Shown: positions 13,101 through 26,350 of the stretch, one piece after another | Numbering within the stretch: the first letter of the stretch is position 1 | How the letters are laid out: every line of letters starts with the position of its first letter | Assembly: GCA_977016875.1 (NCBI GenBank) | Contig: CDRNST010000062.1 | Span: 4,216,001-4,280,000, forward strand | Direction: 5' to 3' | Source: Pavona decussata | Lineage: Eukaryota | DNA length: 64,000 nt | Notes under the pieces: model-generated | Database searches by the model: none | Seen by the model: only the letters and a program-made list of their open reading frames with translations | What the model was told of the DNA's origin: nothing | Made by a program: the position numbers and the translations under genes

Positions 13101-15320
13101 GTTTTCTTTTCTCTTATAGTCTGTTTACAGGATTTCATTCTTTTGACCTCATGGAAGAATCAAAGTAACTTTCTCTTATTGATTAAGATACAGTCCGTTA
13201 ATAACATAACATCAAATGATTATCCTATGAGCTGTTACCACAAGCAAAAGAACTCTCCCATTTCTTACCGCTGCAAGTTTTTCCATTTCCAGTAAAACCG
13301 GGTTTGCACGTACAAACATAGGAACCGATCTTGTTAGCACAATTGGCTTTGGCGTGACAGAGTGCAGGAGAAACGCTACATTCATCAATGTCTGAGGAAA
13401 CACAATAGAAGCAGAAACCGAGTTAGTCTTAAGGTTTCTACTTAATAAGCAAAGAAACAAATTTGCCAGGCTTTTTTGAAGCTTTATTCTGGCAGAAAAC
13501 ACAGGAGGATTTTGAGGAACTTGTTACATGTTTTTCCTTTTCTCTTATAGTCTGTTTACAGGATTTCGTTCTTTTAACCTCATTAGAAGAATGAAAGTAA
13601 TTTTCTCTTGTTGATTAAGACACAGTCCATTGTTAGTAGTAATAGATGAGCGACGATCGCAGTTAAGTACGGAAATCAGTAACTGCGATTGTCTCATTTA
13701 TTAGTTATTCTATCCACAGTTCAAGTATATGAACTGCATACACTCCACTTCCATCCGGTTTTATTTCAATAGGTGTGATAGGAATTCACAAAATGACCAG
13801 CTCCCAGCTGGCTTAATAGCTTAGTTGGTAGAGATGGTTTATTGTTATCACAGAGGTCCTGGGTTCGAATCCCTTTTAACCCGGTATATAACTTTCATGG
13901 TCACGGAAGCCTATTGCTCAGCTCACATAAATGCATTATTTTTGAGTGCCTTTACCTTCAATTGGCTGCCTCCTGCACCATCAACATTGTGTATGTAGTT
14001 TGAAGATTTTGGAACTTGTGTGTGCGTTTTTATGCGCTTTTATAAGAAATATGGGTAAAAACATCAGCCGCCATGTTTTTTGGTACAGTGGATTATCATC
14101 ACCTATGTTCAACTTTCTTTGCCTCACGCTACACGCTTCACGTCTGGCTCCCTACGTTTTGATCCTCACCCCATTTTCGCACTCTTTGCACTCACTCTAC
14201 CCGCGCAACAGCTCAGCTATCTTACAGAAACAATTTTCTGACCAGTCTTTAATTTACACACCTTCGGTTGCCATGTTACAGTCAGCGAGGACATTCGTTC
14301 CTGGTATGATGGAGTAGAACCAGTATTTGCCACTGACAGCTTGTCCTCCTTCATTCGCTTTTATTTCTTTGCAAGACTTGGCCGGCAGCTTAGAGATGGA
14401 GCCGAGAGGAACTGTGAAGATGAAGCCATTTAACAAAGTTAGCTCATTCAATCTGAGTAGCAATATACTTAGCTGTGGTGCTGTTTGTTATGTTATAAAG
14501 GTGTGCTTACTTGTGAGTCTGTGGATGAAATCCTAAGGTGTAACCATTTAAATGAAAGCTTCTGAGCAGTACTTTCCTGTGGTGATGTTTATTATGCTGT
14601 ACAAGCTAAGGTGGTTTTAACTTTTGAGTCAATGGATGAAATCCTAAAGTGTGACCATTCAAATGATAGCTACTGATCAGTACTTTCCTGTGGTGCTGAT
14701 TATTGTGCTGTACAAGCTCAGGAGCTTATGACCCCGGAGCCTCCATCTACCCTATATGGGAGATAGAGGCTCCGGGTCATAAGCCCCTGACAAGCTAAGG
14801 TGGTTCTAACTTTTGAGTCAATGGATGAAATCCTAAAGTGTGACCACTCAAATGAAAGCTACTGATCAGTACTTTCCTGTGGTGCTGTTTGTTATACTGT
14901 ATAACGTGGCTCGAATATCTCAGTCTGTGGATGAAATCGCGGTTATTATCGATATAAAAAAGAAAAAAAAAATATCTAAACATAACTTAAACTCATACCT
15001 GTTCTAACATCGAGCTTGACATAATATCGATCGGAGTCCTTAACAAAATTCTCTGGACTCGCTTCCTTCGTGCGGTTGTTCCATTCACACACACTCTCTG
15101 AAACCACGAAGTTAAAACTTTGACAGACGTCTTCTTCTCTGCATACGAAGAGACATTCAGCATGGCCAGATGGTGCATAGCGCTTGTTATAAGTGTGTCC
15201 CTGTAACTTCATACCGGATATTGGCAGCTGACGGGGTCCATTGCACTGCTCGGCAGTTGAGGCTTTGTGAACCAGGCCAGTTATAGCAATCGCGAGGATA
15301 ATTGGTGTAAACGCGGCCAT
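7117..15320 (-). CDS. Paralog copy A: secreted PAN + SCKEIK + 5 EGF, TLDc truncated by a rearrangement junction (418 aa if expressed; may be a pseudogene)
   Basis: Exons 15320-14999, 14411-14262, 13391-13269, 12960-12838, 11072-10950, 8978-8856, 7955-7827 and 7280-7117; all phase 1. Homology to the copy B TLDc exon stops at about 7162; the frame runs on as [15 protein letters not shown] to TGA at 7119-7117. Confidence 0.78.
9390..9462 (+). repeat. tRNA-derived SINE-like repeat (also ~11489-11561, ~13810-13882, ~29802-29874)
   Basis: A box TAGCTCAGTTGGTAGAG and B box GGTTCGAATCC, but broken acceptor and anticodon stems; carried in the duplicated EGF intron modules. Confidence 0.7.
14472..14940. 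repeat. ~105-bp minisatellite in intron 1 of gene A
   Basis: Unit ...GGATGAAATCCTAAAGTGTGACCATTCAAATGAAAGCTACTGAGCAGTACTTTCCTGTGGTGCTG... Confidence 0.85.
14719..14789. mobile_element. 71-bp hairpin mini-MITE (CA...TG ends, 7-bp TSD ACAAGCT)
   Basis: CAGGAGCTTATGACCCCGGAGCCTC...GAGGCTCCGGGTCATAAGCCCCTG; absent from the paralogous array. Confidence 0.8.
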
Positions 15321-15534
15321 TGTATATGACTCGTCGGCAAAAAGGAAAACCTACAATCGAAACATCAACAAAGGTGATATTAATCTGTATCACAAATTTC
15401 CTGAAATTTGCTATTGTCTTATTTATTATGGAATATGAAATCCGCCCGCTTGTTGTCACCGTTTCGTCGATTGATCAAAAAATGAAAGGCCTGGAAGGCA
15501 AGATACACCATTGCACGCAATGAACCAACAGCCA

Positions 15535-15711
15535 TTATTAAAAACTGGATCATTGTATACTGCAATTCCAGGGTTTTGATTGGCTGAGCGGCCATGGTAT
15601 ATGAGCCATTATACCATGCCCGAGAAGTAGCGACCATAAATTGTTTTCTGGTTGCTCTTGAAAACGAAATCAGCAAGGCCTACCAATACTACTTGATTGT
15701 TTTTAATAAAA

Positions 15712-15748
<37 letters not shown>

Positions 15749-15749
15749 T

Positions 15750-15782
<33 letters not shown>

Positions 15783-15830
15783 ATCCATCATCTCATATCC
15801 GACGTGCGCTCGTGGAATAATTGTTAATTA
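15535..15830. mobile_element. Non-autonomous insertion with a long terminal hairpin, upstream of gene A only
   Basis: Absent at the paralogous site (~32210); hairpin ACAATTATTCCAC...GTGGAATAATTGT. Confidence 0.65.
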
Positions 15831-18800
15831 TCTAGTGCACAGATATAATGGCACTTCTTTCTGTCATTTTTTTTAGCGGGAAAACAAGATAACTGTCGAC
15901 ATTTCAGGTGTCGTTACGGGGACAGCAAGGTACATACATATCCTTTATTCAAACACGATAGGGTTTAAAGCTCAGAGCTTGTGGGGTCGTGTGAAAATAA
16001 TTACAATATGAAACTATATTAAAATAGTGATAACATATACACTGAGTGTTATCGCGCTCCACGCGCGTTGGATCCACTCAGCTCGATTTCCTCTTTAGCC
16101 AGCCGCCACGAGATTCTTGAAGTGATGCCAATACTAACGGTTCGTGCGTTTCGACGTCACGCGTAATACTGCGTGGTGTGGCAGTATAGGACGACACTCG
16201 TTTGACTCAGGGCTTAATTCGCTCGCGTGACTTGCGGCGTTTCACACGAAATCCAAACGAACCGAAAACGAAAACTAATGCCTTATGGTTTCCCGCGTAT
16301 ATCACGAGGATGTATTGCAGCCTAAATCCATCAATCCTAGCACTGAAAATTTGGCACCTCGCATGATTGCGTAAATTTTTACATGTTAAAATTTCTACGT
16401 TTTTCATTCATGTTGTTTGGAAGGTTGTTATTTCTTAACGATATAAAAAGGTCAACTTTTTGTGCTTATTTTTTAAACTAATAAGACGTAATTCAACCCA
16501 CGCGCTTTGTTTGCTTGCTTTGAGCTACAACTAGTTAATAATTAAACATTGCTAAATTAAACCCTGACTGAGTGTTTTCGGCTCTTAAAATTAATATCAC
16601 TAGCACCTAATTAAGTTGTTACTAAACGAACAGCAAACTGATCGTTCAATTTCGAAAACTTATTATATTCAGTGGAAATATTTGAAATAAACGAAATAAA
16701 ATAAAATGAAATGAAGGAAAATGGACAAAACTAAGCAGTTGAAAAAACAAATTGTCATTTTTTTTGGTGTTTTGGAAGTTGGGCAAGTTCAAATGCAGCC
16801 CAATAATCAAATTTTTGACAAGTTTTAATAAAATTGTCTAGTTTATGAGGCCGAAACCTGCTGTCGGTATAAGCGCTAAGTGGTTGTTGGTGAAATATAT
16901 TTTAGAACAAAAGTAATTAGGAACTCTTGAATATAAGCGATGGTTGAAACTCTTCAAGTGCATCATAGTCCTTTCCACCATTTTAGTCATTTGAGCCAAA
17001 GGTACTTCCCCTTATCCTCTTCCTGTTTAACCTGTCAAATGAATTTTCTTGGAGTGTGCCCAGTTTCGAATGCATTCCGGAGTAGTGGCCAATACTTGGG
17101 TTCCTGATGAATACTGAATTTGCTGTCAAGCTGAAAATCAGCCTGTAGAGTTAGTTCTGATGAATAAAAAATACAAACTTATTTTTGTCAAAAGTTTTTT
17201 TTCCATCAGTATTCAATCGAATTATTGATGAGCGCCAATGTTCTCCTAGCTTTTCTTTGTCCCATTCATGTGTAAACACGCATTCAAATTTTTTAAGAGC
17301 CCTACATGGAGACTCTTTGTCTGTTTACCTTTTCTTGTGTTCCTCCCGCTATGTTTAAAATTCCAGTTTAGGATTAATTTTGAGCGAGCAATTTTCCAGT
17401 ACAAGCTACTGGACCGAGGAAAGTTGTTCTGACTTCACAACTACGAAATCTGGTCATTTCATCTCAAACATTAATGGGAATCGAAACATTTTTCGAGAAA
17501 GTTAATGTTTCACTTACGTCCAGGAGCTAAGAATGCGTGTCAAAGTTTTTCCCCTGTCAGGATGTCAAACTCAAACAAAAACTAGCCGGCAGTAGGAATC
17601 CATTCACTCGCAGCATGCAAAGAAATCCGGTTTCTTTTTCGGCTAGATTGCGGGAATGACTCTAGAGTAGTAACTTACTACTTTTAATTAAACAGCGTCC
17701 TATCCAAGATAAACAGCTTTCAGTTCAAAGCGATAAATTTAACATAGCTACTAATAAAGAAAACTCTAGTTTTGAATTAGCCTTCTTTTAGTTGCATTCC
17801 TCTCCGATTTTTTCAATGGATGAACGTTATTTGCTTGTGTTGTTAAGTGGAAGTATTAGGTAACTTAACTGGAAGTTTTTAGCTAACTGAAGCTAGGTGG
17901 AAAGGATAACTATTTTAGCAGTATGTCTAACGAAAGAGTCGTGTTAGAGAGTCTTGGTACTTCTTGTTCTGCGAGTTGTTGACCAATGACTTTGAGCTGT
18001 ACGGTACTAGTGCAGAATTTAGACAATAAACGAGTTTCTGCTTTATATATAACGGGAAGTTCGTCTTAAATAAATTGTGATATTTCCTTTTTATTTTAGT
18101 ATTAAAAGCACACGTATCACATCTCCACTTCCCGTAACTTTGTTTAATTTCCTTTAAGTGGACTTGTGGTTTTTGAAAATTAATTATTAACCACCCTAAA
18201 TTATATCGCCTCTCCAGAAGAAAAGAGTATTTCTTGGTTTGAGTATCTAAAATTAATTTGGCTTAGGCCTTTGCTGTGAAAAAATTTCCTTGTTTAAATA
18301 GAATTTTTCAAACCCTTGACTCTTAATTACACTGGATACAACTATAACGGTATTTGGTATTTTCCTTGTCGAATTAAAATATAGTGTTTCCAAACTCTGC
18401 AAATTTTCACTGGTGCACCAAAAACATCGTGAAAAAATTAATTGCCGAAGGAACTAAAAAATGCGACTGGAAAATGCAGCAGAACTGGCGTAATGTTCAG
18501 GTTTTTACTGATTCGAGTTCTTTAGAAAAGCAGTTCATAATAAATTCAAGGAAGAGTTATAAGAATATTGAGGATTAAAACCCTAACACCCTCCCGAATC
18601 ACAAGCGAATTTAAAAGGTTAATGAATATCAAAACTTATATTTTTGAAGTTACTGGGGTGTCGGATTTTATTGAAAAAGACGTAAAAACCTGCGGATTTC
18701 TCAGCGCAACGACGTCTATTAGCGCGGACATGACAAACTTGTTCTAATTGAAACAAACTTTATTGCAAGAACGTCTTGCAGTTTAATTGAACTGCCCTGT

Positions 18801-20320
18801 ATTGTCTTGACGCCTGAAAATTCAAGATATGTCTTGAGCAGGAAAAGTAGATGTTTATCTCAATTTCCCGACGCAAGTTGTATAATACTCTGCAACATTG
18901 GTATAGTGGCTATTTATACTAATAGTACAAGTTGTTGAACAAATATGTCGCTTTGCATCGCAAAGACTGCAAAGACATGGCTGTTGTTCTTGTCGGAACT
19001 GAGAAAAGGAAGGTTTGGTTCGGACGAACAAAGACATCCCGAAACATTTTCATGCTGCAAGACCGAGTTCAACTCGTAGTGTTCCAGCAATTGGTAATCT
19101 TTGCGTGCACAACTTTGCCTACCATGGTTAGACAAATTGCGCACTAAGCAGCTTCACTTGAATAAACAAGTGGCTCATTCGAAGAAAATACACTCTTATA
19201 GGACAGGCGGCAATTAAATTTTACTTTGGTGCCAAAACCACCCTTTATTTCTGGCAAAGCGATGCTGCACGCTTGTAAAAATTCTGAACTTGGTACACAA
19301 CCATTTTTTCGCCTGGCCACTAGGTCCGGGATCCCGGCCTGTATATTGCACAAGCAAGAGAAAAAACACATGAAGCTGCAAGGCATGGAAGGTTATAAGG
19401 GGCAATTTCCCTCCATCTTGCAACGCATCTCGCAAAGTTGCGAAAAGTAGAGGAACTTGTCTACTTTTTCTGCAACCTGTGACGCAGTTTTTAGTTACGA
19501 AGACTTCAAGAGGGGAAGTCATACGCGCAGTTCCGTTCTCAACTTGTTTCGCAATGGCGTTACTATAATTTTCAGGAAAAAAGCCAGAAGTATAACAGTA
19601 CTTTTAAGGAGAACTGTGGGCAGTGTATTGGTTTGAACAATCGCCCCTCACTTGCACTGCAGCTCGGGTTCGAATCCCGTATTTGTTATGTGTGGGTAGA
19701 TGATGTTGTTGCTCTCTTCCTTGCTGCAAAGGTTGTTCTCTAGATTCTGATGTTTTTCTCCCTCCACAAAAACCATTACGGACATTACTGTCAAAATCCT
19801 AATGAAAAGCACCTACAACACATTTTTTTTCTCGGCCTCTGAACTTCGTAAAGTTTAGTTACACCACAAGTCGAACCTAGATTTTGCAAAGAGATTTGGT
19901 ACAACATTTTCGTCAAGATGACTTAAAGTTGGAACAAAGGATGTTTTTCCTCACCTGTTTAAAAATGGACCTGATGCACGTTCAAAGTGAAAGATAAACT
20001 GTTATGTTAACTAACTGAAACGGCGGAACACTTTTAAAGAGTCGTGCGGGTGGCTGACATTGATATGAAGGTGTTTATTACCCAGTTGACAGGTGAAATA
20101 CAGCTTCCAATATCAGAATGCAAATAGCTAGGATGACAGCCTACGCAGCACGATTATAGGAGAGAGGAAGTCATTTATAATGAGAAGAGCAATGATCTTT
20201 TCTTTTTCTCTAACAACGATTTTAGTTAAAAATGATGTTGTTTAGGGTTACGAGTTCAGCTTACTTTCTCAGTATAAAGTAGGTGATGACGAGTTAAACA
20301 CGCCAAAGACGTCATTTAAT

Positions 20321-20363
<43 letters not shown>

Positions 20364-20500
20364 GAGAATAATATTGATAATTCTACTTCTATTTTTACCT
20401 TGCTACTTTTTTCATAACTATATGCATATATTTTAGATGTAGCATGCTACACTTTACGCCCTACCACATTTTACAACGAATGGCAGTTTTAAACTGCAAT

Positions 20501-20565
<65 letters not shown>

Positions 20566-20629
20566 TAATAATAAGATGGATATTAATAAGATGGGATAGC
20601 GCCGCAAATATCTGCATATGCAAACTATC

Positions 20630-21615
20630 AGTCATCTGGTCGAGCCCGTTATCCGACACTACATGTAATCGCCTTGAGGCGTCCAACCAGTTTGCGCTCC
20701 TAATCCTAACCTATCTCAGGTGGAGGCAACATTGCGCATAGACAGGAAGGCACGTAAAACTGTCGTGGAGAATGGAGGCAACAACAATAATAACAGCAAA
20801 TTTTATTATTATACCACACTAGAATACAGAAGAAATAAATGTAAACACTGGTTATGCAAGTATAATGCTACCTAGAAAATACCTAACAAGGTAACCTAGC
20901 TAGGAGGGATAACAATAACTATGTATAAATGTCAAACGTAGTCGTAACAGGGAGCCGCAAGTATAAAATAAAAATAAAGCACACACAAAAGACTTTCTAA
21001 GTAAAATGGTGAGGGAAAAAGGAGGAAATGTTGAAAGATTTAATATGAAGTAGTAACAGCCTTTTTAAAGGAACTGTATAGGTACTAAGGCTCTTTAAGG
21101 ATTCTTCAATATTGCAAGCACTCCAGTAGCTCGACAGCTATCCTGTACCTTTCAAGGAAGGACAAAAGGCGTGGAATGAAATCTGTTGAGCAAGAATACA
21201 AGCTAACTAAAATTAAAGCAGTCGTCAAAATGTATCAGAATCCAGATCCTACTATAAAGTTGGTGCTTGATTTTGAGGAGAGAGCAGCTTCCCAGGGAAA
21301 CCAGTCTCTGATTTTAGAAGCTTTGAAAATGTCGGGAGAACCTGGGATTGGGATCGAGATTCAGTCAGCCTCTCATCCGCGACACCGATAGACAAGAGCT
21401 TCCTCCAGACAAGTTCAAAGGCCAACTAAAGAAGTCTACGAAAGATCAATTATGTGAGACTATCAGGGGACAGGAGTGACAGGGCAAATTCTAAGCGTCT
21501 TATGTGGGATGACGAGGAGATTAGTACAAAGGAGTGGTTTAAGTGACTCAAGAACTGGGCGGAGTGTCCCACCCATACAATTGCTGGAATCTTTGAGTTG
21601 CATGTGCAATTACTA
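20630..21615 (+). mobile_element. Degenerate non-LTR retrotransposon (R4/Dong-like) fragment, interrupted at ~20780-21115
   Basis: Remnant peptides NQFALLILTY, IDRKARKTVVENGG, LYLSRKDKRRGMKSVEQEYKLTKIKA and NWAECPTHTIAGIFEL. Confidence 0.6.
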
Positions 21616-22467
21616 CGGGGGTGGAAATATGGCCGTTGGCTTTTTTCCTGGCTAGTAAAAGCGCTAGGAAGGGTAATTTTCTTAATTGTGTTGTCCTCGA
21701 TTGCATGTTCACTAAGGAGACTGTTTTTTATGCATGAAATCAAAACCTTTTCCTGCATGTTACGTTACCCACAGTTTTTTGTTAAAATGACTGGAAAATA
21801 AAATGGAAAAAATGTTCGACTCTCGTTAGAAAGAACTCGGATTCGGTTGTGGAATTTTTTTCCAATATGTTTGTGTCAGTAACTTTCACATTGAGTCCAG
21901 GCTCAAAACTCAACATCACATTTCTTAGTGCACATACTCGGCAACACATCGACACCCAAGCCTTAGCAGTATGCAGGATGTTTGTGCGCGAATCTAGTTT
22001 AATCCGGAAAAGGAATCAAAGGTCACAGGTTCGACTCCTGTTGGGAGAACTCGGAATTTGTTTTGTGGATTATACTTGTGTCACTAACTGAAATTTATCT
22101 TTTACAAAAGAGAAATGTTTGAACTAAACTTTGGTCTTTGTAGCGCGCGCGATTTCTCAATAGATACTTATGTAAAAGGCCCATGACGAAAGGCACTCTG
22201 TAAACTAGTTTCACCATAACTCACGATTCACCTCGCGCTATTAAATTCAATAACAAACATACATGTATTATTGGCGGCCGCGTGTCACACAAATAATAAT
22301 AAGAAGATTGAGTGTTTAACTCAGTTTTATTACAGCAGTTAACTGTCATATAGTTGACATCAAAGCAAATACAATATATAAATGATGTATAACTGTTTCT
22401 CCTTACTGGTTAACTGATTGTTTTACAGATGTGTTCTATTGTAATAAATATCTCTGTCAAGACCACT

Positions 22468-22696
22468 GAGCAGTTTTCAATTGTGTGCCCTAAAGCCAAA
22501 ACCGTGATTACTCTGGCCAATCATAACAGATGTAGATAGAACAATGAACCAATCAGAACTCGAAGCAAAAACATGTAACCGGTGCCAAGCGCGGGAAAAC
22601 ACGCGCGAAAAAGTGGCGCGGGTTTTTTCGACCAATCACAGAGCGTAGTAAAGCAAACGCAAAATTACTTTCGACACTCAAATGAAAACCACTCTA
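22468..22696. mobile_element. Dispersed MITE-like repeat with CCAATCA motifs (relatives near 8360, 10568, 12512, 29030)
   Basis: Ends GAGCAGTTTTCAATTG...CAAATGAAAACCACTC; several related copies in the window. Confidence 0.6.
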
Positions 22697-23958
22697 TGAT
22701 GTAACACATATGGTGTGTCTAGAAGGACGTTTTACAAAAGGCTTGTATTACTACCACCATATTCTCATCACCTGTCTGCTTGAAGATATATTGATAATGA
22801 AAGAAGAAATTACACACTGAATTTTAGCATAAATCTATGAGCTCCTGTAGTTGATGACCTTCCTTCTTCTCCTACATACTAACAATGAATTTGCTTTGTA
22901 AGGAGAAATTATATGTCGATTGCTGACAGGAGCTCCTTCTATAGCTACAGAAAATCCCTTGGTTGATTATGTTCTTTATTCTTATTACCTATCTGCTTAA
23001 CAGCCTATTTACATTGTAAAGAGAAATTACATGTTGGTCACTCTTGAAAGTAAGAGTTCTACCCTTGTCATAGAGGGTATGGTGCCCAGTCTATTATATG
23101 CTAATGTATGCTTTGTATACGGAAGCTACTAAGCTATTCCATATTCGGTTGAGAAACTCAGAATGATCAACTTATATCTATACAGACTACAATACTTGTG
23201 GTCTGTATAGATCACATGATAAGTTGACCATTCTGCTACATATGCTATCCATTTGTGCTATCTTTACAAGCAATAGTAGTAATAAAAATGACCCTTCTTT
23301 TGAGCCGTCAAACTTGTGGATTTCATGCCCAAACTCACAAGTTAGAACATTGCATGAACCGAATTTTAGCTCTGGATTTCAAAGGCTAAACTTCCATCGA
23401 TAAGTTCTGCAATATACAGTTCCTTTACGGGTAAATCATTAAAACTAAAGTAACCCGGAATAAACGGACTAAATTACTACAGATAAATACTAGAAAAAGG
23501 TTTGAGTTTTCTAACAATTGATTACGGTATTTGTTCCTTACCTAGCTCTCCTAATCCTCCTTTCCCGTACCCCTCGATCTCTAGCTAAGCAAAAAGTTTT
23601 CACACGGCATGAATTTTTGCGTTTCGTATGTTACTTTAGTGTTTGTAGCTATTTCAATTAACGTTGTCGGAAAGCCTATGGGGCTCAGGGATATTTAGTT
23701 AGCATGTGCTCAATTAACCCCCGAAAGCTCTTCTATGTGAAAATAAACTACTTTTACCGTGAGACATAAACCGCTCAAAAATATCTTTGTATTAATAGAA
23801 ACCGTCGCTAAGAAACCCGAATTTCTCGGACACTCAAGATGCCCAGAACTTATGCGCAGTTGCAAAAAGAGGCACCGTCCTTAATAAGTTGTCATTGTCA
23901 TGCGCGGAGCTACTGGAGCAGAGGTTAAGTTTTTAGAAACTTGAAACCCCCACTTTAA

Positions 23959-24274
23959 AGTGCCCCTGGGACGAAAATTTTCCATCTTGTTGCGAACTAA
24001 ATAACAGCAGAATACAGTTTATGAAGTAGAATCCATATGAAAATTAGCCATGTGGAATTTTTTGTGTTGAGCCAATGACGTCACTTCCTGTAATTTGAGC
24101 CTTAACTTCCGGAACAAGGCCAAGTAATGGCGGCCGTGAAATCTCGAATAAAAAGCTAAAAAAAATACTTCCAATCGCCGTAAAGGATTGAAATTTGGTA
24201 ACATGAGTAAGAAGGTCATATTCTACACGAAAATGCAAAAAGATGGAAAATGAAATTTTCGTCCCAGGGGCACT
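23959..24274. mobile_element. Kolobok-like MITE
   Basis: TIR AGTGCCCCTGGGACGAAAATTT with TTAA TSD on both sides. Confidence 0.85.
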
Positions 24275-26120
24275 TTAACAATGGCTTTTTAATCGACCAT
24301 TAATAGACTATTAATGTGGTCTCTTCAAGAATGTTTCTCTTCGATTACTTACTGATGGAAAGTCTATATTGATAACTGACTCCTCCACCAGTGAATCTCT
24401 AATTTGCAGAAAAACTTATTTTCAGTTAAAAACTGAATACTGTGTATTTAACGGGTCCGCATTAAATTTTTTCGGGTGTAATGAATGCGCCTTTCCCATT
24501 ACACTTACACTTAACAATTATCCTTTGAAATCCAGTGGAATATGGCCAGATACTAAGCCGTAGAGCGAGTTGGCTAAAATCAGGGGATATTCAGCAAGAT
24601 TGAGGAGGATAATTGTTTTATTATTCAACACATCAGTAACAAAGCACAGTTTTATTACAGAAAAGCTGGAGACGATCTTTATTTTCCTATTTTTCTGCCC
24701 GAAATTCGAAATTACGTATATCGCAGATATCTTCTGACTACGGACGACGAATATTGAGTGCATTATAACCACATTCGGTCTGTGTTACAATGTGTTGAAT
24801 AATAATGTACTATATCTTCTTACTTCGAATGGTGACTGGTTTAAAATAAATAAGAGGCTACAACTAGTCATACTATTCCACACTACAAAACAACAACAAT
24901 AACAACAAAATAGCGGCTTAAAAGATGAACCCGCCCGACTATACTACAGCGCCTACCCCCTCTCTCCCCCCCCCCCCCCCCCCCGTTACCACCCACAAAA
25001 ACCCGAGCTAGCAGGCAGCGTTCACGACATTTTTACATGTTAGGCTCAAAGAAAGTAAGACCAGAAAATGTCCAAACTTGCACCGCTTACAATCTTCAGA
25101 ATCCTCTGTGTTTTACATTAAACTATGGTACAATATCAAATACAGCTAGTAAATACAAAAAACCGTGATTCTCTGCACTTCAGTGGTAATATGGTCACAT
25201 TTTGTTTAGAAAAACGTTATTTTTTTCTACTTCAGAAGTTGCAATTAAGATTTTTAAGATCGGTCAAAATTGCCCTTCTGTTTTGTTGTTAAAGAAAACG
25301 GTAAAAAAAGCGGTATTTTGCGCGCCTTTCCAGTTGCTGGAACTAACCACCGGACAGTTCAGTTTGTAAAAGAGACAGACGAGACGCGCCATTTTGAGGG
25401 CTGGCGCTACAAAATCCTCCAGAATGTCCTTCTGAAAACAGTAGCACCATAAATTAAGGAATTCAAACGGCTTCAGTCCTTCACATTTGCGAACTAATCT
25501 GTCAGATTGGCTAGTTATACATCAGGGATTTATGCAGTGCCCAACTCCCTCCCCCGGGGTAATAGTAGGACATTTCTCCCCAGATTTGCCTTGAAAGGGG
25601 ACGGACATTATTCTATCCTGGGGCATTGACAGAACATGCAGTCTCGGGATTTTCACTTCACATCACTGTCATGTCTTTCATTGATACGTTTATCGACAAT
25701 CTGACGATAAATTTGTAATTAATTATGTTTAAGGAGGGCAAAAATGAGATGGTAGATCCTCAGAATGAACGGTTACCTGAGCAATAATGAGTAGTAAGAC
25801 TTCTCCGAGAGCTAGTTTGGCCCAAATTAGCTTTGATTAGAATCAACCCACGAAATCAAGCCACGAAACTAAGAATTCAACCAATTTTTTAACTGTACCG
25901 TGGGGCATTTGAAAAGCTCATTTGTCCCGGTCGTGCAAGGGTACCTTGGGTGCCAGACGATTTTCTTGAGTGGTAGTTTCCGGTTCGGACCGAAGTCTCT
26001 TATTTGCCGTGAGCAGCGTCGGTTTTCGGCCGACAACGATGGGCCTCCGGGCGATTACGAGTTCACTTGGCGCGCGAGGAAAAGCCTCTGGTACCCAGGG
26101 TATGCATGGGGCATTCACTG

Positions 26121-26181
<61 letters not shown>
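26121..26181. repeat. (ATT)n microsatellite (others at ~4475, 20321, 20503, 41032, 52555)
   Basis: Seen directly. Confidence 0.95.
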
Positions 26182-26183
<2 letters not shown>

Positions 26184-26350
26184 CCTAATGCCCGGGTGGG
26201 GGTGAGGAGATGGGCACTGCTAGAGGTTACTGATGAATTAGTTCTGAAAAAGCGAAGGCGCCCTCATGACTTTGTCAAAGCTGCTTCGAATTGTAGCCAT
26301 GTTAATGTGAACGTCGCCTGAACTACCTAAAAAGCGCGTTTTTGATCACT

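Larger units (their letters stand above)
7162..20190 (+). repeat. Older paralogous segment (gene A plus upstream DNA), matching about 27205-36045
   Basis: Colinear similarity of exons, introns and 4-5 kb of upstream DNA, visibly more diverged than the 7.2-kb block, with copy-specific insertions. Confidence 0.9.

Noticed and set aside
8715-13502. ORF-track peptides [17 protein letters not shown]...
   Set aside because: Wrong-frame readings of the EGF exons; the true frame is [15 protein letters not shown]...
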